Part shown: piece after piece, positions 17,828 through 28,368 of the stretch | Position numbering within the stretch: the first letter of the stretch is position 1 | How the letters are laid out: every line of letters begins with the position of its first letter | Source of the DNA: Candidatus Poribacteria bacterium | Lineage (GTDB): Bacteria; Poribacteria; WGA-4E; WGA-3G | Direction of reading: 5' to 3' | Assembly (NCBI GenBank): GCA_964291315.2 | Contig: OZ219753.1 | Coordinates: 896,001 to 960,000, forward strand | Length of the DNA: 64,000 nt | The notes under the pieces: generated by a model | What the model was told of the DNA's origin: nothing | The model's input: only the letters and a program-made list of their open reading frames with translations | Database searches by the model: none | Program-made: the position numbers and the translations under genes

Positions 17828-19064
17828 TGGTATTATTATTGCGGGTGCTAGTTATCAGGGCGTTCATGATACCGCCTTTCAGTTATCGGTTAAACGTTCC
17901 GCAGTTGTAAATGTTCATAATATTTACGATGTCCTCTGTACTGAAAACCGACATCTGAAAGCTTGGGCAGCAGGTGCTCTGATAGCTGTTCTTCTGACAA
18001 TTTTGGGTGGGATCTCTAAGGGTATTGCTGCGGATGAAGCAGAGGCACCAACCGAGATTTCAGTTCTCGCTGTGGGTGATATTACCGTCAGTAGTCGTAT
18101 GACCTCGTTAATTAGGGAGGGAGCAGGAGTATTTTTTCAAGGCACTGCTGCCTTGATTCAGTCCGCGGACGTCGCTACTGCTTCCCTAAACGCCAGCATC
18201 TCGGAAAGAGGGGAGCCACGGTACGGTGTCAAAAACCCGTTTCGATCGGCCCCGGGGCTTGGGCGTGCTATCGCTAACGCCGGTTTTGACGCTGTGTGTT
18301 TAGCTTCTCCGCATGTGATGGACTTCGGTTTTGAAGCGTTGGAAGATACAATTGCAGAATTGGAATGGTACAACGTGAAACCGATTGGGGCCGGTAAGGA
18401 TACTGAAACGGCAAGACTTCCCGCGTGGGTCACGGTTAATACTGGGACCCAGTCTGCACAAGTCTGCCTGCTTGGCTATTATCGGTTAAATGAGTTCAGT
18501 CGTTACACTGAGGACCCGCTGGCTTATGCGGTTTATAGCGAAATGATACAAGCGGTTGAGCAGGCAAGGGCGGAGGCAGCGCTCGTGATTGTCTGGTTAC
18601 ACTGGGGCAGACAAGATCGGGCTGTCGATGACAGCATCGGACGACAACGGATTTTTGCGCAGGCGCTCATTGATGCTGGGGCAGATATGATTTTGTGTCA
18701 GCAGCTACATACCTTTAACGGTATTGAGTTGTATCAGAGAAAACCGATTGTCTATAGTCTTGCGGATTTCATCTATGATACCTACGATAAGCAGCACTCA
18801 CACATAGTTATTCCGAAGGCAAGGTTTGAATCGGGCGAGCTCAAATCGATTGAATTAATTCCAATTTTGGCGGATCCATCGAGGGTCCCTGTACGGCCTG
18901 TGGAATCTATGCAAAAACCGACTGATTCCGAAATTGGAGCGGATCAGTTCCCGAGCATTCTTACGGGAGATCAAGCAATAAAGACTTTACAGAATTATCA
19001 ACGGCACTGCGCGAAATTCGAGACGGAGGTAATCATTGAAGGCGAGCGCGGATGGATTCGGTGA
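17799..19064 (+). CDS. CapA family protein (PGA_cap, metallophosphoesterase fold), membrane anchored; start uncertain
   Basis: LAVGDI, AGFDAVCLASPHVMDFG, WLHWG, LIDAGADMI, PIVYSLADFIYD; TM segment near the N-terminus. Confidence 0.8.
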   Translation: MGSQRMTKASGIIIAGASYQGVHDTAFQLSVKRSAVVNVHNIYDVLCTENRHLKAWAAGALIAVLLTILGGISKGIAADEAEAPTEISVLAVGDITVSSRMTSLIREGAGVFFQGTAALIQSADVATASLNASISERGEPRYGVKNPFRSAPGLGRAIANAGFDAVCLASPHVMDFGFEALEDTIAELEWYNVKPIGAGKDTETARLPAWVTVNTGTQSAQVCLLGYYRLNEFSRYTEDPLAYAVYSEMIQAVEQARAEAALVIVWLHWGRQDRAVDDSIGRQRIFAQALIDAGADMILCQQLHTFNGIELYQRKPIVYSLADFIYDTYDKQHSHIVIPKARFESGELKSIELIPILADPSRVPVRPVESMQKPTDSEIGADQFPSILTGDQAIKTLQNYQRHCAKFETEVIIEGERGWIR

Positions 19065-19089
19065 GTGCAGGGATAGATAAGGGAGTAAT

Positions 19090-21063
19090 ATGACAAGCAA
19101 CATGGGGAAGGTAGATGGAACCTCCCAGGTGCGCTTCGATTTCAGAGGCGAACGCGGTTTAACACTCAAGGCATTTACCGTCGCGATGCTTCTGATCCCG
19201 CTCAATATTTTTTGGATTATAGAGCTAGAGGTAGTCCGTTATACACATCCGACATTAATCCATCCGCTCTCGAATGTGATTTTCATTATTTTTTGGTTGC
19301 TGGTTTTCAGCGCTGCATTAGGGAAAATCTCATCGAAACTGCGGTTGACCTCGCCTGAATTGCTAACGGTCTATGTCATGTTGTGCATTGTTTCGTCGCT
19401 TTGTTCGCACGATATGATGGAAATCTTGGTTACTATCCTTGGGCATCCGTTTCGATTTGCAACGTCTGAGAATGAGTGGCAGCAACTTTTTTGGAAAGAC
19501 CTTCCAACATGGTTAACTGTCCAGGATCCTGGTGTCTTGTCCGGATATTATGAGGGTCAATCAAGTCTTTACCGTAAGGCCCACCTTTCTGCTTGGGCAG
19601 CTCCTGTTGCATGGTGGACAGTTTTTATTGTTGTGTTAATGTTCGTCATGTTGTGTATCAATACGTTCCTTCGTATCCAGTGGACGGAGCGAGAGCGTTT
19701 AACGTATCCAATTATCCAGTTGCCGCTTGCGATGACGGAGGCGAATACTCGTTTTTTCAAAAATAAGTTGATGTGGTTAGGGTTCGGGGTTGCAGCGGCG
19801 ATTAGTCTCCTAAATTTGCTGAATTCCATTTATCCTGCGGTGCCGTATCTGCCTGTTAAGCGGCAAAACATTAGTCAGTTTTTTACGGGGCGTCCTTGGA
19901 ACGCGATGGGAGGTGTTCGGCTTTCGTTTTATCCTTTTGCGATCGGCATAAGTTTCTTGATTCCATTAGATCTACTTTTTTCTTGTTGGGCGTTCTATTG
20001 GATATACAAATTTGAGTTGATGGCGGGGAGCATTATCGGTGTGCGAAGCTTGCCGGGATTTCCTTATGCGGATTCGCAGAGTTTTGGTGCATATATAGTG
20101 CTTCTTGGAGCCGCTGGTTGGGTTGGTAGAACACATTTCAGGCGAATTTTCAACGGGATTGTAGATGGTTTCCGCGGCACATCGAAAATGGATATGCGGC
20201 GGGAACCGATGCCTTACCATATCGCTTTCTTGGGCATTGTAATCGGGTTTCTATTTTTGAGCGTCTTTTCCTACAAAGCTGGAATGTCGCTTTGGGTGAT
20301 CCCGATCTTTTTTGGTTTGTACTTCCTCCTTGCGACTATGGTCGCGCGTCTTCGCGCGGAATTGGGGTTTTTAGTTCATGATTTACATAGGGTTGACCCC
20401 CATGGGCTAATCGTGACGGCCTTTGGCACACAACGTTTGACGACGGGCACAAAAACCGTTTTCTCACTGTATATGTTCTTTAATCGGGCATATCGAGCGC
20501 ACCCGATGCCACAAGAACTTGAGGCCTTGAAAATTTCAGAACGCCGGGGGATACATCCGCAACATACTGCTGCTGCGATTCTGATCGCGACCGTTGTTGG
20601 GGCGATAGCTGTGTTTTGGCTACTTTTAGATAGTTACTACCGACATGGTGCTGAAACGGGTTATTATGGACCGTGGGCGCTCGGCTTCGGGAGAGGCGTT
20701 TATAGACAGCTTGAAAACTGGTTAAACTATCCGCAAGGGACAGATCTTCCTGCGCTTGCCTTTATCGGAGGCGGAGCAGGAGTCGCATTCGGCCTCACAC
20801 TTTTGCGCACCCGATTCCTCTGGTGGCCTTTGCACCCGCTCGGCTATGCGATGGCGAACAGCTGGGGGATGTACAACCTCTGGAGTTGTCTTTTTGCCGC
20901 CTGGGTAGCGAAAGCACTTGTGCTACATCAAGGCGGGCTTAAAGCCTATAGGCGCATAGTGCCGTTTTTCCTCGGTCTCGCTCTCGGAGACTACTTGTGT
21001 GGAAGCTTGTGGAGCATTGGTAGTATTTTTGCGAATACCACCCTATATCAGTTTTGGCCGTGA
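19090..21063 (+). CDS. Polytopic membrane protein, DUF6785/DUF6784 (OPT-like transporter) type
   Basis: Many TM helices; QWTERERLTYPI..LP, RLRAELG, WWPLHPLGY, GGLKAYRR..PFFLGL motifs. Confidence 0.7.
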   Translation: MTSNMGKVDGTSQVRFDFRGERGLTLKAFTVAMLLIPLNIFWIIELEVVRYTHPTLIHPLSNVIFIIFWLLVFSAALGKISSKLRLTSPELLTVYVMLCIVSSLCSHDMMEILVTILGHPFRFATSENEWQQLFWKDLPTWLTVQDPGVLSGYYEGQSSLYRKAHLSAWAAPVAWWTVFIVVLMFVMLCINTFLRIQWTERERLTYPIIQLPLAMTEANTRFFKNKLMWLGFGVAAAISLLNLLNSIYPAVPYLPVKRQNISQFFTGRPWNAMGGVRLSFYPFAIGISFLIPLDLLFSCWAFYWIYKFELMAGSIIGVRSLPGFPYADSQSFGAYIVLLGAAGWVGRTHFRRIFNGIVDGFRGTSKMDMRREPMPYHIAFLGIVIGFLFLSVFSYKAGMSLWVIPIFFGLYFLLATMVARLRAELGFLVHDLHRVDPHGLIVTAFGTQRLTTGTKTVFSLYMFFNRAYRAHPMPQELEALKISERRGIHPQHTAAAILIATVVGAIAVFWLLLDSYYRHGAETGYYGPWALGFGRGVYRQLENWLNYPQGTDLPALAFIGGGAGVAFGLTLLRTRFLWWPLHPLGYAMANSWGMYNLWSCLFAAWVAKALVLHQGGLKAYRRIVPFFLGLALGDYLCGSLWSIGSIFANTTLYQFWP

Positions 21064-21259
21064 TCGTCATGTAGACTGGGTTAAAGATTAAGTGGTTCTA
21101 GTAATGTAGGAGTCCGGTGTCAACAGTCGGTTATGTGTCAGAAGAGGAAGGTTGATGTAACAATTCACTACGTCATGAGACCGAAGAAGGAGTAGATTGT
21201 TAAAAAACGTCTATTGGCCGGCAACTGATAATCGATAGATATTAAATAGGAGAAAAAAC

Positions 21260-23704
21260 ATGGTAACCAAACAAAGAGACAAGGAAAAGATAGAAGATAT
21301 CATTGATCAAGAGGAACTCGTCCAAGAATTACCGCTTCTTCCTCTGGATGACTTGGTTGTTTTTCCGTATATGCCGCCTGTACCGCCTTTCCCGCCGCAT
21401 CACGTTGCGCTTTCGGGGAAAATGGCAACTGCGGCTGTTGAAGAGGCTATGCAAGCCGAAAGAATGCTTTGCATCTTTCGTCCCAAAAAGGACGATATTA
21501 AGGATATTACCGCGGGCGATCTTAGCCCGATTGGAAGTCTAATTCATATTCTCCGCTACAAAACTGAAGGTAATGACGTGCTGTTTCTTGCACACGGGCG
21601 AGAACGCGTCCGGATTGAAGAAATTTTGCATATAGAGCCTTTCATTAAAGCGAGAGTTAATATTATTGGCAACGATGAGGAAGAGCCTGATACCAGTGAA
21701 GATCAGAATTTGGAGATTGAGGCGTTGGTGCGCAGCAACGATGAAGTATTCCAGCGGATTGTGCAGTTGTCGTCTCGTTACCAGGAAGAGTACGGAAGTA
21801 TCACGAAAACGATGTTTGATGAACCGTGTAGCTTCGCTGATTACATCGCCGCCGTACTGGACTTGAAACCACACGACAAACAGCGGATTTTAGAGATTGT
21901 GCCTGTGTATGAACGGTTGAGCGCGCTCGCTGTTATTCTGGCTAAAGAACTTAACTTGCATGAATTAGAGAGCAAAATACAAAACAATGCCCAAGCTGTC
22001 ATTAACAAGGGGCAACGCGAGTACTACCTTCGAGAACAACTTAAGGCGATTCAGAGCGAGCTCGGTGAAGCAGATGATCTCAGTCTTGAAATTGACGAAA
22101 TGCGGGAACAGTTGCACAAAGCTGAAATGCCTGACAAAGCGAAGCAAGCAGCTGAAAAGGAGCTAAAACGTCTATCCAAAATGCAGTCGTTCTCACCTGA
22201 ATCGACTGTTTCTCGAAATTACTTGGATTGGCTGCTTAACCTGCCGTGGAGTGTGAGTACCGAAGATATTTTAGATCTACCGGTTGCCCAGAAAATTCTG
22301 GATGCAGATCACTATGATCTCGAGAAAGTCAAAGAACGAATCTTGGAGTATCTCGCTGTATGTATGCTGAAAACGGAAATGAAGGGTCCCATTTTCTGCT
22401 TTGTTGGTCCTCCTGGTGTTGGCAAGACCTCACTCGGTAGATCAATCGCTCGTGCGATGAACAGAGAATTTGTCCGTATTTCATTGGGCGGCATGCACGA
22501 TGAAGCGGAGATCCGAGGGCATCGGCGCACCTATATAGGTTCCATGCCCGGCAGGATCATCAAAGGGCTCCGTCAAGCGGAATCTAACAACCCGGTCTTC
22601 ATGCTTGATGAAATTGACAAACTTGGTTCTGATTTCCGGGGGGACCCGGCTGCTGCCCTGCTTGAGGTTCTTGATCCGGAACAGAATCACTCATTCACTG
22701 ACAACTATCTTGATGTTCCGTTTGATCTATCAAAGGTGATGTTTGTCACAACGGCGAATCAACTTCACACTATTCCGCCGCCGTTACGTGACCGGATGGA
22801 AACAATAGAGCTCCCGGGTTACACGGCTAACGAAAAATTGGTTATCGCCAAGCAGTACCTTATTCCGCGCCAAGTGGACGCAAATGGGCTTAAAAAGAAT
22901 CTGATAAGCATCCGAGCTAAGGCGATTAGAAAAGTAGCGGGTGAGTATACCCGTGAAGCGGGCGTTCGAAATTTAGAGCGCGAACTCGGCACGCTCTGCC
23001 GGAAAGTTGCACGTCGTGTTGCGGAAGGGCACACTGAAAGAACGACCATTACAGATAAGGACATTCCGACGTATTTAGGTCCCCCGAAATTCGATTCTGA
23101 GATTGCGAGTCGTAGGGCGGATATCGGAGTTGCGACTGGTTTATCCGTTACTCCTGCGGGTGGCGAAATTCTTTTTGTTGAAGCTGCTGCTACTAAGAAG
23201 ACAGATAGAGATGCGCAGCTTCGCGTTACGGGCCAAATTGGTGAGGTCATGCAAGAATCTGCACAAACTGCGCTCACTTATGTCAAATCCCAGGCGGATG
23301 CTCTCAAATTTGACCCGGTTGTACTAGAGAGCGACCTCCATATCCATGTGCCTGCGGGGGCGATTCCAAAAGATGGGCCGTCAGCGGGCATTACGATCGC
23401 AACTGCTCTTGCTTCTATTGCCACCCGGAAGCGGATTAGTCCTAAAATTGCTATGACAGGTGAGCTGACGCTCAGGGGTCGGGTGCTTCCTATCGGTGGT
23501 GTCAAGGAAAAAATTCTTGCGGCAAAGCAGGCCGGCATCAAAAGAATTATTATGCCACAGGGCAACGAGAAACACTTTATTGAGGTGCCTGAAGACATCC
23601 AAACCGGTGTTGAGTTTCTCTTCGTAGAACATGTCACTGAAGTCTTCAAGGAGGTATTCCATTTAGAACCTGTCACTGAAGTTTTCAAGGAGATCTTCCA
23701 TTAA
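21260..23704 (+). CDS. lon: ATP-dependent protease La
   Basis: GPPGVGKTS, GHRRTYIG, LDEIDK, PKDGPSAG catalytic Ser, GGVKEK. Confidence 0.97.
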   Translation: MVTKQRDKEKIEDIIDQEELVQELPLLPLDDLVVFPYMPPVPPFPPHHVALSGKMATAAVEEAMQAERMLCIFRPKKDDIKDITAGDLSPIGSLIHILRYKTEGNDVLFLAHGRERVRIEEILHIEPFIKARVNIIGNDEEEPDTSEDQNLEIEALVRSNDEVFQRIVQLSSRYQEEYGSITKTMFDEPCSFADYIAAVLDLKPHDKQRILEIVPVYERLSALAVILAKELNLHELESKIQNNAQAVINKGQREYYLREQLKAIQSELGEADDLSLEIDEMREQLHKAEMPDKAKQAAEKELKRLSKMQSFSPESTVSRNYLDWLLNLPWSVSTEDILDLPVAQKILDADHYDLEKVKERILEYLAVCMLKTEMKGPIFCFVGPPGVGKTSLGRSIARAMNREFVRISLGGMHDEAEIRGHRRTYIGSMPGRIIKGLRQAESNNPVFMLDEIDKLGSDFRGDPAAALLEVLDPEQNHSFTDNYLDVPFDLSKVMFVTTANQLHTIPPPLRDRMETIELPGYTANEKLVIAKQYLIPRQVDANGLKKNLISIRAKAIRKVAGEYTREAGVRNLERELGTLCRKVARRVAEGHTERTTITDKDIPTYLGPPKFDSEIASRRADIGVATGLSVTPAGGEILFVEAAATKKTDRDAQLRVTGQIGEVMQESAQTALTYVKSQADALKFDPVVLESDLHIHVPAGAIPKDGPSAGITIATALASIATRKRISPKIAMTGELTLRGRVLPIGGVKEKILAAKQAGIKRIIMPQGNEKHFIEVPEDIQTGVEFLFVEHVTEVFKEVFHLEPVTEVFKEIFH
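23625..23702 (+). repeat. 39-bp tandem duplication at the 3' end of lon
   Basis: TAGAACATGTCACTGAAGTCTTCAAGGAGGTATTCCATT followed by TAGAACCTGTCACTGAAGTTTTCAAGGAGATCTTCCATT. Confidence 0.9.
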
Positions 23705-23748
23705 CGTCCTCACCCCGCTAAAGGGGTTAATCGGAGACTCTCAACTTT

Positions 23749-24294
23749 ATGGAGAAGCCCAAAGAGTTCCAAGTAGAGGTTCAGGACATGGTTATCCGTT
23801 TCAAAAAAGGTAGGCATCAATGGAAACACAAACCCGATACACTCACCTGTGTCCGGGACGACGGTAGTTTTACTTGGACACATCTCTACGGCGGGTTTGT
23901 GCATCACGACTTTGCTCACTATGTCATTGAAACAACGCTCGGTTTTGAAAACGCCTTTTTCGGGCTTGTCGCAAAAGGGTATAATATACCCGATTTCAAC
24001 GTTCCAAGATCGACGCGTCCTTTTAAAATTCCGAAAGAAGCGGTCAACGTTGAACCGATTGTGGCGCTATTACAAGCAGATGTGTTGGAGGGAGCCCTAG
24101 AAGCTGACGGTATATTTCAGAGCCACAGTGAGACACTTCCTGTGCACATCACGGACGAGCAGCTAGAGGCCATGCGGCAGAAGCTATACGACCTATTAGA
24201 GGAGTGGCACGATTTGCAGCCCGGAGAGTCAATGACCTTGCAATTTGTGGTAAATGGTGAAAATGGACAGACACCATCGTCCCCCGGTGGGTGA
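23749..24294 (+). CDS. Hypothetical protein with HD..HY..E motif
   Basis: 181-aa ORF with GGAG RBS; HHDFAHYVIE...FFGLVAKG. Confidence 0.65.
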   Translation: MEKPKEFQVEVQDMVIRFKKGRHQWKHKPDTLTCVRDDGSFTWTHLYGGFVHHDFAHYVIETTLGFENAFFGLVAKGYNIPDFNVPRSTRPFKIPKEAVNVEPIVALLQADVLEGALEADGIFQSHSETLPVHITDEQLEAMRQKLYDLLEEWHDLQPGESMTLQFVVNGENGQTPSSPGG

Positions 24295-24608
24295 GGTTTC
24301 CTAACCGTTCTGATTGACGATGTCCAAATAAGAGTAAAGAACGGTTATAAAATGTAACGCACAAGCTAAATTTCGTAAGTCTTATCTAATAGGGAGACTG
24401 GGCCGGGGCGAGTATCGCTTACGGTCTTAGCAATATGCATAAAAACCGATGTCGCGGATCTTAAAGCTAAGATTGAGAGAGCTCTTGAGCTGCTTAGATA
24501 AAAATAAGAAATTGATGCGGTATCTTCTAAGTGAGCCCCGGCGCAGTTGGCATGCGGATCTCATTCAGTGAGCGATCAGCAATTGTGCGAACACCCACAT
24601 TCTACGAC

Positions 24609-24941
24609 TTATGTAGATGAAACAGAAGCTGCCATTTGGACCTGCTGCGACTTTGCCATTGCATCTTCTGCCTCTTGAATCATGCCTTTGCGTTGGTAAC
24701 AAACGGATAAACTGGTATAGACGAGCGGGTCCTTGGGATCGATCTCTATTGCTTTCTGAACAGCTTCAATGGCTTCATCGTATAAACCTAGCCGCTCATA
24801 AGCGTGCCCCAGCCCAAGGTACCCTTCGATGTACTTCGGATAAGCCTCAATTAATTCTTTGAACGCTTGGATAGCTGCCTCAAGATCGTTTTTTGCAAAA
24901 TGAGTAAGTGCGGCATCGTAGAGTTCTGCTTCGGTTGGCAT
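24609..24941 (-). CDS. Tetratricopeptide repeat protein
   Basis: Three TPR-like units (YLGLGHAYERLGLYDEAIEAVQKAIEIDP). Confidence 0.85.
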   Translation of the reverse strand: MPTEAELYDAALTHFAKNDLEAAIQAFKELIEAYPKYIEGYLGLGHAYERLGLYDEAIEAVQKAIEIDPKDPLVYTSLSVCYQRKGMIQEAEDAMAKSQQVQMAASVSST

Positions 24942-25154
24942 CTTTTGTGTCCTTGGCGATACAGATTTAGCAAAATTCTATCAGAAAATACGGTAGATGT
25001 CAAACACATTTTTTGTAGAGCGGCCCGCATTCCATGCTGGAGGCAATCTGTCCGTTCAGCATGCCTTCTATAACTGCTACTACATCCGCGCCACAGAGGA
25101 ACAGGGTTTATAGCCGAACTTTTGATAATTACATCTGTTAAGGAGCTTCTAGAC

Positions 25155-25880
25155 TTGCGCAATTACGTTGGCATTATTGAGCGTTTGAAACACTCAAACC
25201 GACCTATGGAAGTGATCGGCAGCGTCCACGGCTACCCGATACATCAAATTCACTTGACAGCGTCTGCCTCGTGCCCGCGCCTTGTTCTTATCACAGGCGG
25301 TGTGCATGGTGATGAACCTGCAGGTGTTGAAGCGGTCTTACAATTCCTTGAGCGTGATAACACTCAACTCCTGAAAAACTTTTCGTTTTTAGTAATTCCT
25401 TGTATTAACCCGTACGGTTATGTTCGTAACACGCGAGAGACATTTGATGGTATAGACATCAACCGTGCTTTTGAGGCCGATGATGTCGCTGAGGTTACTG
25501 TCGTCAAAAAAGCGCTGACACAAATCCAATTCCGGCTCACGATAGATTTCCACGAAGATTACGAGGCGGCGGGTTTCTATCTCTATGAGGGCAATCGGAA
25601 CGAGAAGTATATCGGATCTGATCTTGCGGCTGCTGCGAAAGCAATTGGGCCGATAGATCTAGAGGATCCTGGTGAAGAGGCACCAAACCTTTCAGAAGGG
25701 GTCTACAAAGTGGCTGCTTCATGGGGCACGCAAGGTCTAGCCCCGTATCTATTGCATTTTCACAGCGAACATGTTATTATTTCCGAGACACCGACGGCGT
25801 GGCAAGTTCAGCAACGTGCAGCGCTCCATCTAACCGTATTGGATACCGCTTTAGATATCATATTAGGAAAGGATCTATAA
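25155..25880 (+). CDS. M14-type zinc carboxypeptidase (succinylglutamate desuccinylase/AstE-like)
   Basis: GVHGDEPAG, INPYG, DINR, IDFHED, ETP; AGGAG RBS before TTG 25155. Confidence 0.85.
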   Translation: MRNYVGIIERLKHSNRPMEVIGSVHGYPIHQIHLTASASCPRLVLITGGVHGDEPAGVEAVLQFLERDNTQLLKNFSFLVIPCINPYGYVRNTRETFDGIDINRAFEADDVAEVTVVKKALTQIQFRLTIDFHEDYEAAGFYLYEGNRNEKYIGSDLAAAAKAIGPIDLEDPGEEAPNLSEGVYKVAASWGTQGLAPYLLHFHSEHVIISETPTAWQVQQRAALHLTVLDTALDIILGKDL

Positions 25881-27140
25881 ATGGAAGATCAACAGATACT
25901 CTCGAATGTTAACACTTCTTCCGTGCCATCAGCCCTAAAAATCACTGACATGCGTGTGGTTCGGACTGAAACGGGCGGTCCGATCTTGAGGTTGGACACG
26001 AACCAAGGCATTTACGGCCTCGGTGAAATACGTGACGGTGCGAGCTCGACATACGCGCTTATGCTTAAGAGCCGCATTTTGGGTGAAAATCCGTGTAACG
26101 TAGATAAAATCTTCCGGCAGATCAAACAGTTTGGTCACCATGCCCGACAAGGCGGAGGCATTTGTGCTATCGAAATGGCTCTCATGGATTTGGCAGGCAA
26201 AGCTTATGGGGTTCCGTGTTATCAACTCGCTGGTGGCAAATTCCGGGACAGAATCCGATGCTATAGCGATACGCCTTCGCTCAGAGATCCCGAGGAAATG
26301 GGCAAGGTGCTCCAAGCCCGTATGGAGAGCGGATTCACCTTTCTGAAGATGGATCTCGGCATCCAGATGCTTCGCGAAACGCCTGGGACGCTTTCTGCGC
26401 CAGCGGCACATCTGGAAACCTCTAACCTGATGCATCCGTTTACCGGTATCCGTCTCACTGAAAAAGGCATTGCTATACTGTGTGAGTATGTAGAAACTGT
26501 TCGGGAAATGATTGGTTATGAGGTTCCACTTTCGGTCGATCACTTTGGGCATATCGGCATCGAGGATTGTATTCGTTTGGCGCGGGCATTGGAGAAATAT
26601 AACCTCGCGTGGCTAGAAGATATGGTGCCCTGGCAGTATACGGATCAGTACGTTCGTCTCTCAAATTCGTGTGCAACACCGATCTGTACTGGCGAGGACA
26701 TCTACTGCAAAGAGGGCTTCATGCCGTTGTTCAGGAGTCGAGGGATTGCCATAGCGCATCCAGATATTGCGACATCTGGCGGAATCTTAGAGACAAAGAA
26801 GATTGGTGATCTTGCAGAGGAGTACGGCATTGCAATGGCACTCCACATGGCAGGCACCCCTGTCGCTGCAATGGCAAGCGTCCATTGTGCTGCATCGACA
26901 TCGAACTTCCTGGTGTTAGAAAACCACTCTGTTGACAACCCTTGGTGGGATGAAATGGTGACCGGCTTGCCGAACCCAATCATCCAAGATGGCTATATCA
27001 CTGTCCCCGAAACTCCCGGGCTAGGCATTGACCTAAATGAAGAGGTCATCCGAGAACATCTGCATCGCGATGAGAAGGCGTACTTTGCACCGACAACAGA
27101 ATGGGATTCTGAACGGTCGCACGATAGATTATGGAGTTAG
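25881..27140 (+). CDS. Mandelate racemase/muconate lactonizing enzyme family (enolase superfamily)
   Basis: AIEMALMDLAGKAYGVP, KMD, VDH, WLED, TGED, HPDI...GGILE. Confidence 0.9.
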   Translation: MEDQQILSNVNTSSVPSALKITDMRVVRTETGGPILRLDTNQGIYGLGEIRDGASSTYALMLKSRILGENPCNVDKIFRQIKQFGHHARQGGGICAIEMALMDLAGKAYGVPCYQLAGGKFRDRIRCYSDTPSLRDPEEMGKVLQARMESGFTFLKMDLGIQMLRETPGTLSAPAAHLETSNLMHPFTGIRLTEKGIAILCEYVETVREMIGYEVPLSVDHFGHIGIEDCIRLARALEKYNLAWLEDMVPWQYTDQYVRLSNSCATPICTGEDIYCKEGFMPLFRSRGIAIAHPDIATSGGILETKKIGDLAEEYGIAMALHMAGTPVAAMASVHCAASTSNFLVLENHSVDNPWWDEMVTGLPNPIIQDGYITVPETPGLGIDLNEEVIREHLHRDEKAYFAPTTEWDSERSHDRLWS

Positions 27141-27204
27141 AGCCGCTTTCCGCATCTATCTTATCACAGGTCTGATCTTCTAAGCAGGCTCAGCATGTTC
27201 CTGG

Positions 27205-28332
27205 TTATGAAATCAGGGCGACATAAACCTGTGAATGCCCCGACAGATCCGATGTGTAGACAACAGCTGTTTCATCTGGACTGAAAGAGGGGTGTGGATG
27301 CGTCCACTGCGGTCCGTAAACTGTATCCACCTTCATTTCCATCCAGCTCAAGGATTTCTTCCGATCGCCGGCTTGCTGCGCTGCCGCCCAGTCTTCGGCA
27401 AGGGCATATCGATCTGTTTTCCATTGGCTACCGCTTGATGAACTCTGCGGATAACAGATAGGTATGTGTTCACCTGATTCTACATCTACCAACCTTAGAC
27501 CGATGTCAGGGTGAACGGTGTCGCACAACACTTTCGTTCCGTTGCGATTGCTGGCAATATGCCATGCATTAAAATCGGCTATTGTCTGCATCTGTAGCGT
27601 TTCCAGCGACATCCGGCGAAGCGCATAGGGCCAATGCGTCACAATCAGTTCGTCTAGCGTGCCGAGGAAGGTTTCGTGGACAAGAAACTCGTTATTATCA
27701 TGTTGATAGAGGCTTTTGTTTTGCGTGCCATCTCGTTTGATAGTCCACATACGCGGTGCTGGATCACCGGAATACGCGATGAGTTCTGGGTGCTTCGGAT
27801 GAAACTGTGGATGGATAATTGTCTGATTCGGAGATGTATAGATAACGTTGCCGCCACTGCCATCGGTAGCGGTCACCGTAATGTGTGATTTATCATCGTG
27901 CTTCATTGCGGTCACGATAAACTGTTCATCCGTGCTGACGCTGCATTCTCCGAGGCTTCCGCCCGGAAATTCTGCGAGCACACGTTCCGTCAATGTATCG
28001 AGGCAAATCGCTTTTATAGTTTCGCCTTGCGTGTAAAAGAGCTCGGTGCCGTCTTTGGAAATTACCCCGGAGTAGCCGTGGATGTCATCGGCATCTGTCA
28101 GCTGCACGATATCGCCGTTAGGGAATCGTAGTTTGAAAAAGTTTGGTTTTCCTGAACGGTAGGAAGTAAAGATGAGGCATTCTTGATTGGGTGTGAAGGA
28201 AGAGGTCAAAAAGTAGAGATTATGATTGATAGAGGTATCGTTTGTGAGTTGATAAATATGTGTGCCTGTCTGATTGTCTCGAAATTCAAGTAGTTCTGAA
28301 GGGTGAACGGATCCTTTCGCGTATGTTGCCAT
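27205..28332 (-). CDS. Oligogalacturonate lyase-family / TolB-like beta-propeller
   Basis: D..TG..IYQLT, NLYFLTSSFT, HPQFHP, HETF, C-terminal HPHPSFSPD..VVYTSD.SG. Confidence 0.75.
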   Translation of the reverse strand: MATYAKGSVHPSELLEFRDNQTGTHIYQLTNDTSINHNLYFLTSSFTPNQECLIFTSYRSGKPNFFKLRFPNGDIVQLTDADDIHGYSGVISKDGTELFYTQGETIKAICLDTLTERVLAEFPGGSLGECSVSTDEQFIVTAMKHDDKSHITVTATDGSGGNVIYTSPNQTIIHPQFHPKHPELIAYSGDPAPRMWTIKRDGTQNKSLYQHDNNEFLVHETFLGTLDELIVTHWPYALRRMSLETLQMQTIADFNAWHIASNRNGTKVLCDTVHPDIGLRLVDVESGEHIPICYPQSSSSGSQWKTDRYALAEDWAAAQQAGDRKKSLSWMEMKVDTVYGPQWTHPHPSFSPDETAVVYTSDLSGHSQVYVALIS

Positions 28333-28368
28333 AGAGGCCTCCTCGTTGGTTTAGTTATGAAATAAGTT

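Noticed and set aside
24285-24600. Intergenic inverted repeat TAACCGTTCT...AGAACGGTTA and possible sRNA or gene remnant
   Set aside because: Single short stem with a long loop; no further support.
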